Origin: Microthyrium microscopicum
Lineage: Eukaryota
Length of the DNA: 64,000 nucleotides
Reading direction: 5' to 3'
NCBI GenBank assembly: GCA_010405405.1
Contig: MU004234.1
Coordinates: forward strand, 1,019,275 to 1,083,274
Positions 12,801-26,117 of the stretch are shown in pieces. The notes below the pieces were generated by a model. The model saw only the letters and a program-made list of their open reading frames with translations. It was not told where the DNA came from and made no database searches. Every line of letters starts with the position of its first letter. Position 1 is the first letter of the stretch. Both the position numbers and the translations under genes were made by a program.

Positions 12801-13402
12801 TATGAGTTGTGAGTTCTTGGTGGCAGCACTGGAGGCTGAGAGAACTGATTTGCTGTGGTAGCCAACTAAGTACGATATTCCATTGGCAGCATGAGGTACA
12901 AAGTCCACTACAGCAACTCCGAGGCTCAACGAACTCGGGCTGACATTGTTCCCGAAAAGCTTGGTGACAAGACTAGGGAGGAATTTTGAAGAAGAATTCA
13001 ATTGGCTTGCGTAGCTCTTGGACAGAAGTATCAAGGCGGTAGTATTGGTACTCGAAGTGGCTGAAGTCGCGATAGGTATTGGCGGGATGTGCTTGAGAGC
13101 ATGGTCGGGATCCTATATATCAATAATTAGAACCACAACCCAACTTAGTATAATGCGATTTTCTAAATACAATACTATGGCCGCCATACATTATGCTTTT
13201 GTATCGAATGCGGAGCTAACAACAGTACTCGATAATATAGCGTATTGAATGGCGGCCAGCAGATATAGAGCACATCATGTGGGCGCGAAAATCTTACAAA
13301 GGGGAGAGGAGCATTATATGTGGCGCAAGCCAGCGAGGAGTAGCATCGCCTTGTAGCAGAAGAAGCGGTATGAAGGAATCGAATGGCTCTGATATTGAGC
13401 AT
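9840..13402 (-). CDS. Conserved fungal hypothetical protein (~1125 aa) with a mitochondrial-presequence-like N-terminus
   Basis: Exon 1 at 13298-13402 (MLNIRAIRFLHTASSATRRCYSS...PLPF) splices in phase 0 via a GTAAG..CTAAT..TAG intron (13113-13297) into the 1064-aa track ORF. The globular-looking N-half contains LPVTNTLFENG, SLGNVIR and RVVGGGGEWG. The C-half is low-complexity and Arg/Ser/Pro-rich. Confidence 0.75.
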
Positions 13403-15178
13403 GGCCCAGTTGAGGAGGTGTGTGTGTAGGATGGAAGCTCGGAGGATGTAATCCAGGGCGCTGAAGCATGATGCCAGAGCAAAGTCGTTGATGGCTTATA
13501 TGGAAGTAGCGATTGTATCAAAGGCAGCGAATAATCATTTGGAGCATCTTGATGTTGGCAGATGCTCTGTTATCGAGTAGTGCATGGTACATGTTGGATG
13601 CTTGGGATGCATCAACTGATAAACACTGAACCGGCACCAGCCGAATGAGCAGTCGGTTCGGCATGCCGCAGACAATCTGATGCACGCGCTGGTGCTCACA
13701 TGCAGCATTACCTTCGGCTCGTGTCCCTAGCGCCGGCTCGGCCCGTCACACTTGTTTTCTTCTCATTGCAATTGTTTGAAAAACACAACTTCATCCTCTC
13801 AGATCCATTACTAGACTTTGATATAACTGCGGCAATTGGAGTCGAGACAGATGCTCCCATCCACCCAGTGTCAGCCACGACACTTTGTAAAGTTTCAAAG
13901 CTTTAGTTCCCATCAAGCACAATACGCTTACAAGTTACGAGTTACGACTTAGCGACCACAATGGCACAATGGGAATCAAGGCAGTCGCATTCGGAGATTC
14001 TTGTAGGCGCGTCAGGAAAAGTGTCTTGCTCAAGGAACAGCCATGCTTCACGATCTCTTTGCATGTACAATGGCTTAAAGGCGCGAAGATTATGAGCCTG
14101 CTGTTGATTCAGGCAGCGAGTCGAGAATTGGTGACACGCTCCCACCGAGTATCATATGACTTACGGCACTTTTTATAGAGCAAAGTGTCGAGTCACCAAA
14201 TCTACAGTAATCGCCACTCCACAGCCTTTTCTACGTACCCAAGGCAAGCCAAAGCACCAGAAACCGAGAGTATGCCATATCATAGTCAGCCGTGTCAATT
14301 GATCTAAGCTACTCTAGCTTTACAAGATTGGGAAGCTATCGCTCGCTACCGCTCAGGTGTACCCGCCATGGAGGTACCCACCTAATGTGGCCCATTAATC
14401 AACCCTCTTTGCTCATATGTTTCATGGCCTCCGCCTCAAGTTTACTGTCTGACCGTCGCTATGGCATCCAACCACGTCTACTACCAGTTCCACACGAAGT
14501 AGTGCCTGTGTTTTGATGCAGGTGCAATGGCACCTGTTCGCGGGAACAAGGCAACTTACACCTCCACCGGCGTATAACTGCAATCCCAACGATAAAGAGA
14601 CTCAGTATAGTTGCGACCGCTGCTGTCCGTGTAACATTGAAAGTCGGACGCACTTACTGCCACCTTACACAATTCCTGATTGTAAGATTTACTTCCCATC
14701 TCCACACCCGCATGCCCTAATTCAACACGCAGCAGCAAGCACAAGAGAAGAGCGATTCAACATCACACACTCGCCTTGTGCAACATGCCCACAGCCACAC
14801 CAGTACCTAGAGGATTCGAAGCCGCTCACGTTTATCGAGATTCACTACCGTACCAGGGAGTCCCTAAGCTCAAAAGCTCACGAGAGCTCATTATTCTGAA
14901 GGGCAGGTGGAGATTCGCGGAGTGGAAAACACAATCAACTTCGCTGTTGGCCGACTCCTCCGCCGTGGGACTTCGATACCTTTCCGACTTATGTGCAAAG
15001 TTAGGCTCTTCCAATCATTGGACGACGTTGTCAACTGAGCATAGAAGACCTTGCAGAACTCATCAAATAGAAGTCGCTAAGAGAGGCAAGTAAAATTTTC
15101 TCAGCACAAAAATGGGTCTGAGCCGGTTTCAAGACCAGTTCTGGCTCAGAATTACCATGGAGCTATCTCAATCAATTC

Positions 15179-15787
15179 ATGCACACAGCGTGTGGTGCAC
15201 TAAGGGACGAATATCGAACTCGCCTTTTTGTCTCCCTATCGCGGCCAAATCGTAATAGAGAACCTCAATTCCACAGTCACATATCTCTGCTTGCCACAGA
15301 TGACAGACTCATATTCAGAGAAACGTCGCGACTTTACATTGCTGGTCATCACAACGACATTGACACACACAATCTACAAGTATGTCCGCATTACGCTGAT
15401 CGATTCATACCTCAACACGCAACAGCAAGATTAGGTTATTGGTCCTACGAACGCTCATCATTACGATGGGCCGTTGAAAAGGCCTGGAAATGCGAACTGT
15501 GCGGTACCGAAGGCTCATTGCTGCTTGTAGAGTATGAATTGCGGCAAGCCAATGTGCTCTTCTCGAGATATGTCGACTTGGGTGGCATGGGAAGTGCTGA
15601 ATGTAAGCAATGGAACCAAGTCACTACCAGAAGGATGAGCATTGTAAGGGTCCGCAACGATCCGTGCCCAGTCTTCCCGCCCAAGATGAACGCGGCATAC
15701 GGTCCGTTAATAAAGATACCTCTGCTGCGCGTTCTGAGATACAGTAGACACCTCTGCAAAACGCTCTCAAAAATTACGGCACCTTGA
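15179..15787 (+). CDS. Hypothetical protein (probably the last exon of a larger, possibly degenerate gene starting ~14.5 kb)
   Basis: 202-codon ORF with VCPH...WKCELCGTE...RYVDLG...W, reminiscent of C-termini of fungal F-box-associated hypothetical proteins. Upstream exons could not be resolved. Confidence 0.4.
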   Translation: MHTACGALRDEYRTRLFVSLSRPNRNREPQFHSHISLLATDDRLIFRETSRLYIAGHHNDIDTHNLQVCPHYADRFIPQHATARLGYWSYERSSLRWAVEKAWKCELCGTEGSLLLVEYELRQANVLFSRYVDLGGMGSAECKQWNQVTTRRMSIVRVRNDPCPVFPPKMNAAYGPLIKIPLLRVLRYSRHLCKTLSKITAP

Positions 15788-15840
15788 TTGGTTCAAATTT
15801 TGATGTTCCTTGCCAAGCTTTTTAACGACCAATAATAATC

Positions 15841-15849
15841 AACTTGTCC
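15841..15849 (+). repeat. Left target-site duplication AACTTGTCC
   Basis: Identical to 60565-60573. It sits exactly at the GC-to-AT-rich transition and abuts the TIR. Confidence 0.8.
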
Positions 15850-15872
15850 TTACCTCAGCGTGCTCAGGCTCT
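15850..15872 (+). repeat. Left terminal inverted repeat (~23 bp)
   Basis: TTACCTCAGCGTGCTCAGGCTCT; pairs with 60543-60565. Confidence 0.75.
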
Positions 15873-16521
15873 AATTCAGGTTTAGCGTCTAATTATTAAC
15901 GGTCGCTACGCTCCCTAACCCTAAATTAGAGCCTAAGAGACACTTTCGCCATTTATACTACAACTGCCTTAATGGATTTTTAGATTTCTATTTATTCTTT
16001 AATAGCACTACTACTACGTACAAATTATTAAATATTCCTATAAAAGGCTACTAAGTAAGTAATTATATATATAAAAATTAGGTTTATTTTAAGATTTAAT
16101 CCTAACTACGTTCTCTAGAAATTCCTCTATTTTGTTATACTCTAAGGAGCCTAGCTTAGCAAAAGTTAATAATTATATAATCTTTTATATATATATATAT
16201 AACTACTATCTATTATTACTACTTATAATATATTTTTATTCCTTCTCTTATACCTAGTATATTTATAAAATATATTTATAATGCCTTATTTTATATTATT
16301 AGCTAGTAATACTATTAGCTTTTCTATTATTACTTTTAGTAGTAATACTACTAGTAAGTTTATATTAGCTATAGCTTTATACTTTTACTATTCTCTTTAC
16401 GTATTTATCTTAATTTTAAGGTTTATATTATATAAATACGTGTTAATTATATTATATAATACGTTAAACTATTCTAACTATATGTAAGCCCTTCTAAATA
16501 ACGCGCTAGATTTTACTAAAA

Positions 16522-16770
16522 ACGTATTAAACGTGTCTAAAGACGTGTTAAACGTGTCTAAAGACGTATTAAACGTATCTAAAGACGTATTAAACGTTTA
16601 CTATAATATATTAAACGTTTATTATATCTTACTAAATGTTAGTTATATCTTATTAAATGTTTATTATAACGTATTAAACGTTTCTATAACGTGTTAAATA
16701 TTTCTAAAGTATTAAAACTTTTGCTAGTTATTTATTAAATGTTTTATATATTCTAAACGTTTTATAACGT
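16522..16770. repeat. 21-bp tandem repeat (ACGTRTTAAACGTRTCTAAAG) decaying into ~10-bp AAACGTT-type repeats
   Basis: Units start at 16522, 16543, 16564 and 16585, followed by degenerate copies. Confidence 0.8.
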
Positions 16771-16885
16771 CTATACTAGATAAAAGTATTAGATATTAAT
16801 CCTTATCTACTACTCTATATATAAATACTATACGTTAGTATTACTAATATAGATGTAGTTAATTAGAGACTTACGTATTATTATT

Positions 16886-19800
16886 ATGCCTAGTACTAAG
16901 CATAAATATAAAGTAGGGCGCAAGAAGAGTATAGGCTAGTCTAAGAGCTAGACTAAGGATTAACGTTATTACGATATAAAGGCAACTTAGATAGATCTAT
17001 CTAATAGTCCTAAGTAGGATATATCTTTCCTTAGCTTTATTAATAGACGTACTTATTCTACTCCCTATAGCCCTATACTATCTATAGCTACTAAATCTAA
17101 TAAATTTACTACTAGTAGTTAGGGCAATAATATAGCTAGTAATTATAATAGTACTACCTATAGTAATAGTAATAGTAATAGGGATAGTAATACTAGTAGT
17201 TATATTAGTAAGGATGTAGCTAGTAATACGACTAGTAGTGCTAGTACTAGTGCTCGTAATAATAAAACTAATAATAATCTTATTAGTAGTAGTAACGCTA
17301 TTAGTATTAATCCTATTATATATCTACTTAGTCTATAGTACGCTACTATACTAAATAAGTAGGTAGAGTACTTATAAGATTTTAATACTATAATTAAAGT
17401 TTTTATACTTCTAGCTATCTTTACTAATATACTTACCTAGGAGGATAATAAAGCTAGTATTTATATTACCTCTCTAGGCTAATAGTATTATAAAAATCTT
17501 ATAAAAGCTTTACTTAAAAGATTACTATATATATAGAAAGATAAGAGGTTAGAAGCTAAGCTAGGTTAGGTAGAATCTCTATATTATATAATTTTTAAGC
17601 AATAAGATATTATACTTATTACTAAAACTAGATATAGTAAAAGCATTATCTTCTAGGCTTTTAGTATTCTTACTAGTAAGATTACTCTTTAGGTTATTTC
17701 TTTTACTTTACTAGGTTTAGAGTAGTATAAAGATATTACGTAGCTTCTTAGTATAAACTTAGCTATTATTTATTTAGAGTTAATACTTAATAAATATACT
17801 TAAGTCTATTATAGGTTACTTAATAGTACTATTATATATTATCTACTTTTTCCTAAATAATTAATTAGTAAGCGTATATAAAAACTACTTTAAGATCCTT
17901 AATTCTAAAATAGACTTAGTCTAGTTACTATTAATAAGAAATATCTTATTAAGGACTAGGGGAAATTCTTTTAGAAGGAATATTCTTAGCTTTATATACT
18001 TTAAGATATTATTCTCTATTTTGTTATCTAGTTTAGTTACTTAGAGACTTTAATAGTAGAAGCTAAGAAGTTTTTACTTAATAAAAAAGGATTTTGGCTA
18101 TATAAAGAATACTAGGATATTGCTTATACTACTAGGTTTGTTTATACTACTATTAATAGGCTAAATTTAGGTCTTTAACTCTTATATATCCTAAAAGGGA
18201 AGCTTAGTAATTAGTTAAGATTAAACGTAGCTCTTAGTTAAGCTATTTAGAATTCTACTAATAAAGATTTATTTATAATACCTAAGTTTATATTATTAAT
18301 TATAATTTTCTTAGATAAGCTATTAGATATAATATCTATTCTTAATTACTTATAATAAGCCTTAGCGAAGTTATATTCTAACTTTACCTAGAGTAATTAG
18401 CTTTCCTTAGCTAGTATTTATACTATTATCTAATAGTATACTAGACTAATTTAGGATTTTAATTAGAATTTATAGTATATTTAGCTTAAGTAGTTTAATT
18501 TATTTTACTATATTATAGTTACTATAACTACCCTTAGTATAGGTATTAATATCCTAAATATATATTATATTATAATATAGGGTCTTCTATAAAGTAAAGC
18601 ATTAGCTAATCTAGTCTAGAAGATTAGTTAGATTAGTTATCCTAAAGCTAATTATATTCTTCCTTTTCTATTAGAAATAGGTTTAGACTTACTACTACCT
18701 ATCTTACCTAATCTAGATAACTAAACTTTCTTTAGAGTTAGGCTATTTAATTATATTCCTCCTTATCTACTAGTTATTATTTTCCTACTATACTAGTTAT
18801 TTAATACTTAAGGGTAGTATTTAGCGCTAAAGTCTCTTTATAAGAAAGTAAATAATATATATATAGTAGTAACTACTCTCTAGGCTAGTATTAGTAAGGT
18901 TAATACTAGGGGCTATTTATTATTAGCTCTTAAGTTACTCTACGTAATATAAAATACTAATTTTACTACCTAACTAAGTATTTTAGTTACTACTTAAGAA
19001 GCTTAGGCGTTTATTAATCTACTTAGTAGTCTAACTACTATAGCCTCTACTAGTTATAACCTAAAAAGTAATAAACTACTAGACTAGATATATATAGAAA
19101 TTAGGTATAGAGCTATAGTTAATTCTATCTAGTTAAAGTTAATTAATAGTATACTATTATTAAATTCTAACTTTAGTTAGCCTTACTATTATTATTAAGT
19201 TATCCTAGACTACCTTAGAGATATTAAATATTATTAAGGTACTTATATTAATTATAATTAATATTATAATATATATTAGCTAAATAAATTTATTATACTA
19301 CTACCTTAGCTTATTATAAAGAAGAAGCTAATAGTTCCTTATATAAAAACATAAAGGTAATATATCTTTAATAGCCTAAAATAGTAGGCTACTATATAGT
19401 TAGATAAGAAGTATTTAATTACTTATTAATAGCTCTTATTTAGAGAGTTTTAGTATATAGACTAAACTAAGTTAGTTGCTTTAAGTACCTTTTAGGATTC
19501 TACTAACTTTCTACCTCTTATAGATAATTCTATAAACCTAAATACTATATAGAATTAAATATATCTTATATATTCTTTTTTATAAAAGTAAAGAGTTATA
19601 GATATAGCTACTTATAGCTAATTATTAACCTTTTTTATTAGTTCTAACTATTAAGCTTACTATATAGTAGCATTTAAGTATAATAAACCTTCTAGGCGAG
19701 CTAGTTCTATAGTGCTATTATATTTATCTTTTATAGTTCTAAGTTCTAGTACTTATTATTATCCTTTTAGAGAAGTTAAGCCTATTAGTTCCTTACTAGT

Positions 19801-20314
19801 AGACTATTTACTAAGTTAGGTTACTTTAAGGTTTAAATAGTTATTACTTATTATATATCTAGCTACCTCTATTTTAGCTTCTTAACTAGTATTTCCTTTA
19901 TTATTATTATCTTAGCCCTTAATAGTATTATCTATACTTAGATTATTATCTTAAACTAAAACTAGGGTATTTCTTAATTTAAAAAAGAAATAAGGAAGAG
20001 GTTATCCTTATAAACCTAGATTAGCCTTTAAACTTTTAGTTAATAGTAGTCTCTTTTAACCTTTATTTATAACGCTAACTACTTCTTAGTATAATAGTAA
20101 TACTCTATATTCTTTCTTACTTAATATAGTTCTAAACTTATCTCTATTACGTATATTATTACTAAATAAGCCTATAAAGTATTAGCTACTAAACTATTTA
20201 AGTAGCCTCTTACCCTATAATATTAAAAGTAGTTAATTAAGCTTACTATCTCACCTTTTAGTAACTAGTAATTATAGCAAAAAGTAATAATAAGGATTAG
20301 AAACTAAACGTTAG
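16886..20314 (+). pseudogene. RIP-destroyed RecQ-like SF2 helicase (AcademH-type)
   Basis: In frame from ATG 16886. Raw ILITKTRYSKSIIF*A (~17610) de-RIPs to motif I AKTGYGKS. VTINKKYLIKD*G (~17925) is motif II, DExH..WG. *FSYLETL reads WFGCSxTL. IVTITTLSIGINILNI (~18515) is motif V, ATTALGMGINIPDV. *KIS*ISY is motif VI, QxxGRxGR. An RQC-like Cys cluster lies at ~19185-19280. Many TAA/TAG stops; the end is approximate. Confidence 0.88.
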
Positions 20315-23300
20315 CCTCTATATAATAATCTTAATTACTACCTTTTCTTATTTCTACCTTTTATAAATAGTCTAAATACTATACTATATAAAAGGATATA
20401 ACGTAGCTTAGCTATCTTATAATAAACCTAAGTAACTAATCTATTCTTAATGCCTCCTTATAGTTTAGAAAAGACTACTATACTAAGAGATAGGTTACCT
20501 TCTATATACTTATCCTATTCCTTTAATTTAGATATCTTTATTAATAAGCTAGTATATTAAGAGATAACTAAAAGTAGCTAAAAGGTATACTAGTCTAGGT
20601 ATATATTAGAGAATTTATCTCCTTATTAATATATTTAATAATATTTCTATATTTTATATGTTTTTAGATAGCCTTAATTATTATTAGGTTATTTATCTTA
20701 TAGTATTAAATATGCGCTAAGTTTTATAGAGAATAGTTAAGATTTTAGGAACTTTTTACGTATTTATACTTAGAATAATGTAGCTATTACTAATTATTAT
20801 ATTATTATTTATAAAGTTACGTAGATCCTATTTGTTAGTATTAAAGGTTATTAATATTAACTATATTTCCTTATATATGCTTTTAACGCTATTTATATAG
20901 CACTAATAGTATATTTATCTTAATAGATTTTAAACTATAATTCTATAATGTCCTCTATATCCTTCCTCTGCCTTAGCTATCTTAGATAGTACTACTCTTT
21001 ATTACTTTATCTTATTCTTAATCATTTGTATATTGTTATCTCTCACTATATATTAAATTCTATCTTTAAACGTTTAGTTACGTGTTTCCTCTTTTGAAAT
21101 AATTTAATAGTTAAATATTATTAAACGTTTTAATTAATAGATCTTAGAAGGTACGTTATAGGGTATTCTATTAATAAGATTAAAACTCTCGTTAGATTAT
21201 ATTTCTTATTGCCTTCTCTTTTAAAACCTAACTTCTTATTAGTCTAAATTTACTATTAAATTATTTCTAAAGTTTACTAACCTTTTAAATAGTAGGAACG
21301 TTTAAGGATTACTATTATAAGTAGTTAGTAGTAACTATTATTAACTAAATAGATAGTATTATTTATATAGGTATTTCTAGTTTATATAATTTGCTATCTA
21401 TAAAATCTCTTATCCTCTATATCTTTTTTCTCTCTCCTAAGTATTACTCTTTTAGCTTTAACCTATCTTTATAAGTTATTTAGTGCCTATTATACCTTTA
21501 AGTCTTATTATTTAGCCTCTAAGTAGCCTCTATTATGTTCTTAGTTTATCTACTTATTAATAGATACTTTAAAGAGAGTACTATCTATATATTCCTCTAT
21601 CTAGACGTTTATTATTACTATAGGCTACAATCTAGTTGCTTTTACCTCTAAAATCTCTTATAAGTTATTTTTTAAGGTTTTTTATTAAGTATCTAAGTAA
21701 TAATTTATAGTCCTAATATTATTATATCTTAGTTAATCTTATTAGGTTATAGGCCTAATTTTAGCCTTTATAGTAGCTATATTTCTTGCGCTACTCTTTA
21801 TTAGTATTATAATTAACCTTTCGTTTTAGACTTATCTAATCTATATCTATATAGTTAGGTTCTAGATATACTATCTACTCTTTAACTTCTTTTATTGCCT
21901 TTCCTATAACCTACTCTTTTATTACCTCTAAGCTTTGCTATTTCTATTAAGATATCTTTATTAATTTCTAAACCTATACTACTTAGTCTAGATTCTTTAT
22001 TTTCTTTAGATAAAGAGCTAGAAAATATTAATATTCTAGCTTCCTTTATTACTTTACTATTAAGATTGCTAAGTTTATATTATAATTACCCTTTACCTTC
22101 TACTTAAGAGCTATTAAATATAGCTATATCTATAGGATTAAGTAAAGATAATAATATAGTATCTAAGTAGGAAAGTTAACTAAATAATAATAAGGTCGTT
22201 TAATATATAGTTAAGAATAGGCTAATTTTAAATATAGCTCTTACTTTATATTAGGACCTTCTTAAGTATAATAGTAATAAGTAGCTATATCTAGATAGTT
22301 AGCTATAGCTTTAGGTATCTTAAGAAACTAAGTCTTCTATTTTAGATTTAGATAAAAATAAAATACTCTTTCGTTATATTCCTTATTCCCCTATACCTTA
22401 ATATTCTTCTTCTTTATAGCTTATAATAACTATAACGTTTATTTTTATTCTTTAACCTCTATTACTTAGGGAGGATTAGACTTAGTAGTATCTTACTTAT
22501 AATCTAGTAACTAATTAGCTCTTTCTACTAGTATAACTACGTATAGTTTATATTCTTTCTACTCTAATAGATTATAGTATCTTTAGTTTTACTTAGTATA
22601 GACTTATTACTCCCCTGCCTAAGTTTCTAAGTATTATATATTTACTATAAATATTTACTCTAAGATTTAGAGGACCTCTAGTTTATAATCTAGAGTTTAT
22701 AGCGTTAAATATTATATCTATACTATATCTAGCTTCTATAGTTTATAAAGCTATTTATATTACTCTTAAAGTTAATTAGTATAATTATATTAACTTTAAT
22801 TATTATAAGTTATATCTTATTAAAGAAGCTTACTAGTATCTTAATATACTAGAGTATTATTATTATCTTTATCTTTTATTAAGTCTAATAAGTGTTAGCA
22901 TACTTTTAGATTATTTAAGCATTACTAGTTAATAAGTATTAGGTCGTTTAGAGGCTATTCTTATTTCTATACTTTATACTTATTAAGATATAGCTGTTAA
23001 TGCTTATTATTACTATTAAGCTTAATAGCGTTAATTAAAGATAAAAAAAGCATAAAAAAAGTAACGTAAATTTACTAATACTTAGTATATATATTAGTTA
23101 TTAGATGCTTAGGCTAGGTATATATAATTTGCTACTACTATATAGTAAGCTATTAATACTAATATTACTATAAATACGCCTTAGCTATAGTAGCAAAGAC
23201 TAGTAGTTTATATTACTATTACTTCTATAGCTCTAACCTACTCTTTTTCCTTACCTTCTTAGCCTATAGGTTCTTTTTTATATTATTAACTTTTAGCTTC

Positions 23301-23949
23301 TTTATAGGCTACGTCTATACTTACGTTAGTTTCCTTATCTCTTACTATTATCTTATTAGTAGAAAGTTTTTTATCTATTCTAGCTATTAATACTATACTA
23401 AAAGTGTCTTTACCTCTACTAATAAGATCTTCTTTACCTAGGTCCTTAGATAAGGATAGTAATAATAAGGATTTTAACCTATTTAGTAACGATTAAGAAA
23501 TAAATAGTCTATCTATTAATAATAGGCGTAATAAACAAGATAATAGTATTAAGACTTAGGCTATTACTCCTTTATAGCTAATTATATATCTATAAACTAA
23601 AGCTAAAAACTATATTATAGCTAAACTTAAGGAAGAATTATAAGTTAGAGCTATACCTACTTCTTAACTACTAGCTTAGCTATATTATATACTTATACTA
23701 ATTCTTTTTTAGCTATCTCTAAATTTATAGTTTAGTTCTCCTATATTAGTTTAATATATATTAAGTCTAGTTAAGCTAATTAGTCTATATATAAGTAATA
23801 ATAATTATTATTCTCCTTCTATAGCTTATTACCTACCTTCTTTCTAAGCTTTAGTTGCCTCTATTACGCTTAGTAATTAACTAGTAATAAATACTTTATC
23901 TTTAATTTCCTTAACGTCTACTAACCCTTTTCGTCTAATTACCTCTATC

Positions 23950-24117
23950 TTAACTTCTACTCCTCCTATTAGTAATACCTAAGTTACTAGTAATTATAGT
24001 CTTATGCTTCTACCTCTCTATCTATCTTATATTTTAACTTCTACTTCTTCTATTAGTAATACCTATGTTGCTAGTAATTATAGTTTTATATATCTACCTC
24101 CTTCTCTATCTTGTCTT
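23950..24117. repeat. 84-bp tandem duplication (likely coding repeat of a relic gene)
   Basis: TTAACTTCTACT...ATTAGTAATACCTA...AGTAATTATAGT units start at 23950 and 24034. The period is divisible by 3. Confidence 0.7.
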
Positions 24118-24360
24118 ATAGATAGTATTTCTTTTACCTTAACTACTATATTATTTAAAGAGTCTAAACAAGGCTCTTAAAGTAGGATTCCTTAGATAAG
24201 GACTCTAAATAATTTACCTTAGTATAACCCTACTTAATTTAGCTAGTAGTATTATAAAGATCTAGCTATATATAAGAATAATACTAAGTAACGTAAATTT
24301 TAAGGTATTATAACTATTATAAAGACTAATTTTAGCTATTAAGTTTATAGTAATAATTAA

Positions 24361-24486
24361 TATACGCATTATAAAGAAAGTAATTATAAATATTAGGTTT
24401 ATACTAAATAGGATTATAAAGTTATTAAGAGCGTAACTAATAACTATACTTAGTATTACTTTAAATTCTAAAAGAATAGCTACTTA
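24361..24486 (+). pseudogene. Possible Zn2Cys6-like cysteine cluster relic
   Basis: Raw YTHYKESNYKY*VYT...NYT*YYFKF*KNSYL. Reverting TAT/TAC>TGT/TGC gives CTHCKESDYECWVYT-x13-NCAxCRFEFRKNGCS (C-x2-C-x6-C...C-x2-C-x8-C). The de-RIP reading is ambiguous. Confidence 0.35.
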
Positions 24487-26107
24487 TTAGTAAATTACGT
24501 TTTTAATAAAGAACGCTATATTAAGGCTTAAAGTAAGAAAACTAAGAAGTATTTAGCAAGTAAAGAGGCTTAGAAGCAAGCTAATAAGAAGAAAGCTTAG
24601 TAGTCTTACTAATAATAATCTAGTAATAAAGATTAGAATAAGAATAATAATAGTTAGTAAGTTACGCCTCCTAAAATCTCTATCTCTAATTACTATAGGC
24701 CTAAGTATTAAGGGCCTTCTTTACTACCTCTACTAGGACTAGTAATAGAAGTTTAGTTTCTCTCCTTATATTAATAGTTAAGTTTAAATTATAATTATTA
24801 TAGATCCTATTATATAGTTATAATTATATTTCTATTAGATCCTATTTAAATCTAAATTATATAGTACCTAAATTATATAATTTAATTGCTACTATAAAGA
24901 ATATAGTCTATATACTTTATTATTATAAATTTTATATTACTTCCTTCTAGTTCTTAGTCTAAGATCCTCTATATTTATATTTCTATAGCTTCCTTTACTT
25001 TTACTAATATATTACTTATATATTCTATATATTTATTATATTTAATAGTAAGCTCCTCTAGTCCTCTAATAACGTTTTCTACTATTATAGTTTTAGTAGG
25101 CTAGTACTATTAGACCTAGAACTCTTAGGAAATAATAATATAAAGGATCTTTATAGCTAAGAGTAGAGTCATTTATAATACCTTAGTTTATACTTTCGCT
25201 ATCTTAAGTTCTAATAGTAGTATAAAAAGATCTAGAGAAAAGACAAATAATATATTATAGCTAAGAGTAGATTTATCTATAATACCCTAGTTTATAATTT
25301 TACTATCTTAAGTTATAATAGTAATATAAAAGGTCTAGCAAAAAGGTAAATAATACTAATAAGAGAGTTTAATAATATTAAGGTATAAAATTTAGTTTAT
25401 TAAATATAGGTAACTAAGTATTTATAGTAAGTAGCTATATTATTATTTCTTAGGAAGGTTAAGCTAGAGGTAATTAAATACTTAGATCTCTTATTTATAA
25501 GGCTACATTATAATTATTAATAAAGCTAAGTCCTATTATAGCTAGTATACTAGTAAATATACTATAAAGAATATTAAATATTTTAAACGTTTTGCTATAG
25601 ATACCTATATAGCCCTAAATTAGTTTACTTACTCCTTCTAAATCCTAACTACATTATATACTTTTATATCTTAATCTTATATTTCTTATAGTAGCTTTAA
25701 GAGACTTTTCTTTATATAGGTGTCTAGTAGTATTCATTACTATTTACTTTATTTAAGAGTCTATATCTTAACGTCTAGAAATATATAATAACATTTAATA
25801 ACTTTTAATAACTTTTAATAACTTTTAATAATATTTAATAACTTTTAATAATTTTTAATAATATCTAATAACGTTTAATACCTTTTAATAGTTTTTAAAG
25901 CTTTTTATAGATTTTCGCCTTACGTTACTATATATAACCTTATAATTATCCTTATTCGTATTCTTAGTTAAAGGCTTTTATTATTTTCTCTTATACTACT
26001 TCTTAACTAACTTTAAATATAGTTATATAGGTTTCTTTCCTTAGGGGAGTAGTTATATTTAATAACTATATATATATTTTAGCTAATATATTTCGTAATA
26101 AGAAAAG

Positions 26108-26117
26108 NNNNNNNNNN
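26108..26117. other. Assembly gap (10 N)
   Basis: Run of N. Confidence 1.

Noticed and set aside
15913..15924. CCCTAACCCTAA telomere repeat next to a RecQ-like gene (telomere-linked helicase / chromosome fusion scar)
   Set aside because: Only two units, part of a hairpin arm whose partner suggests RIP created some of the TAA. Normal genes lie on both sides.
16281..16487. Track ORF resembling a small membrane protein
   Set aside because: Ile/Leu/Tyr/Phe richness is the expected artefact of RIP-driven AT enrichment.
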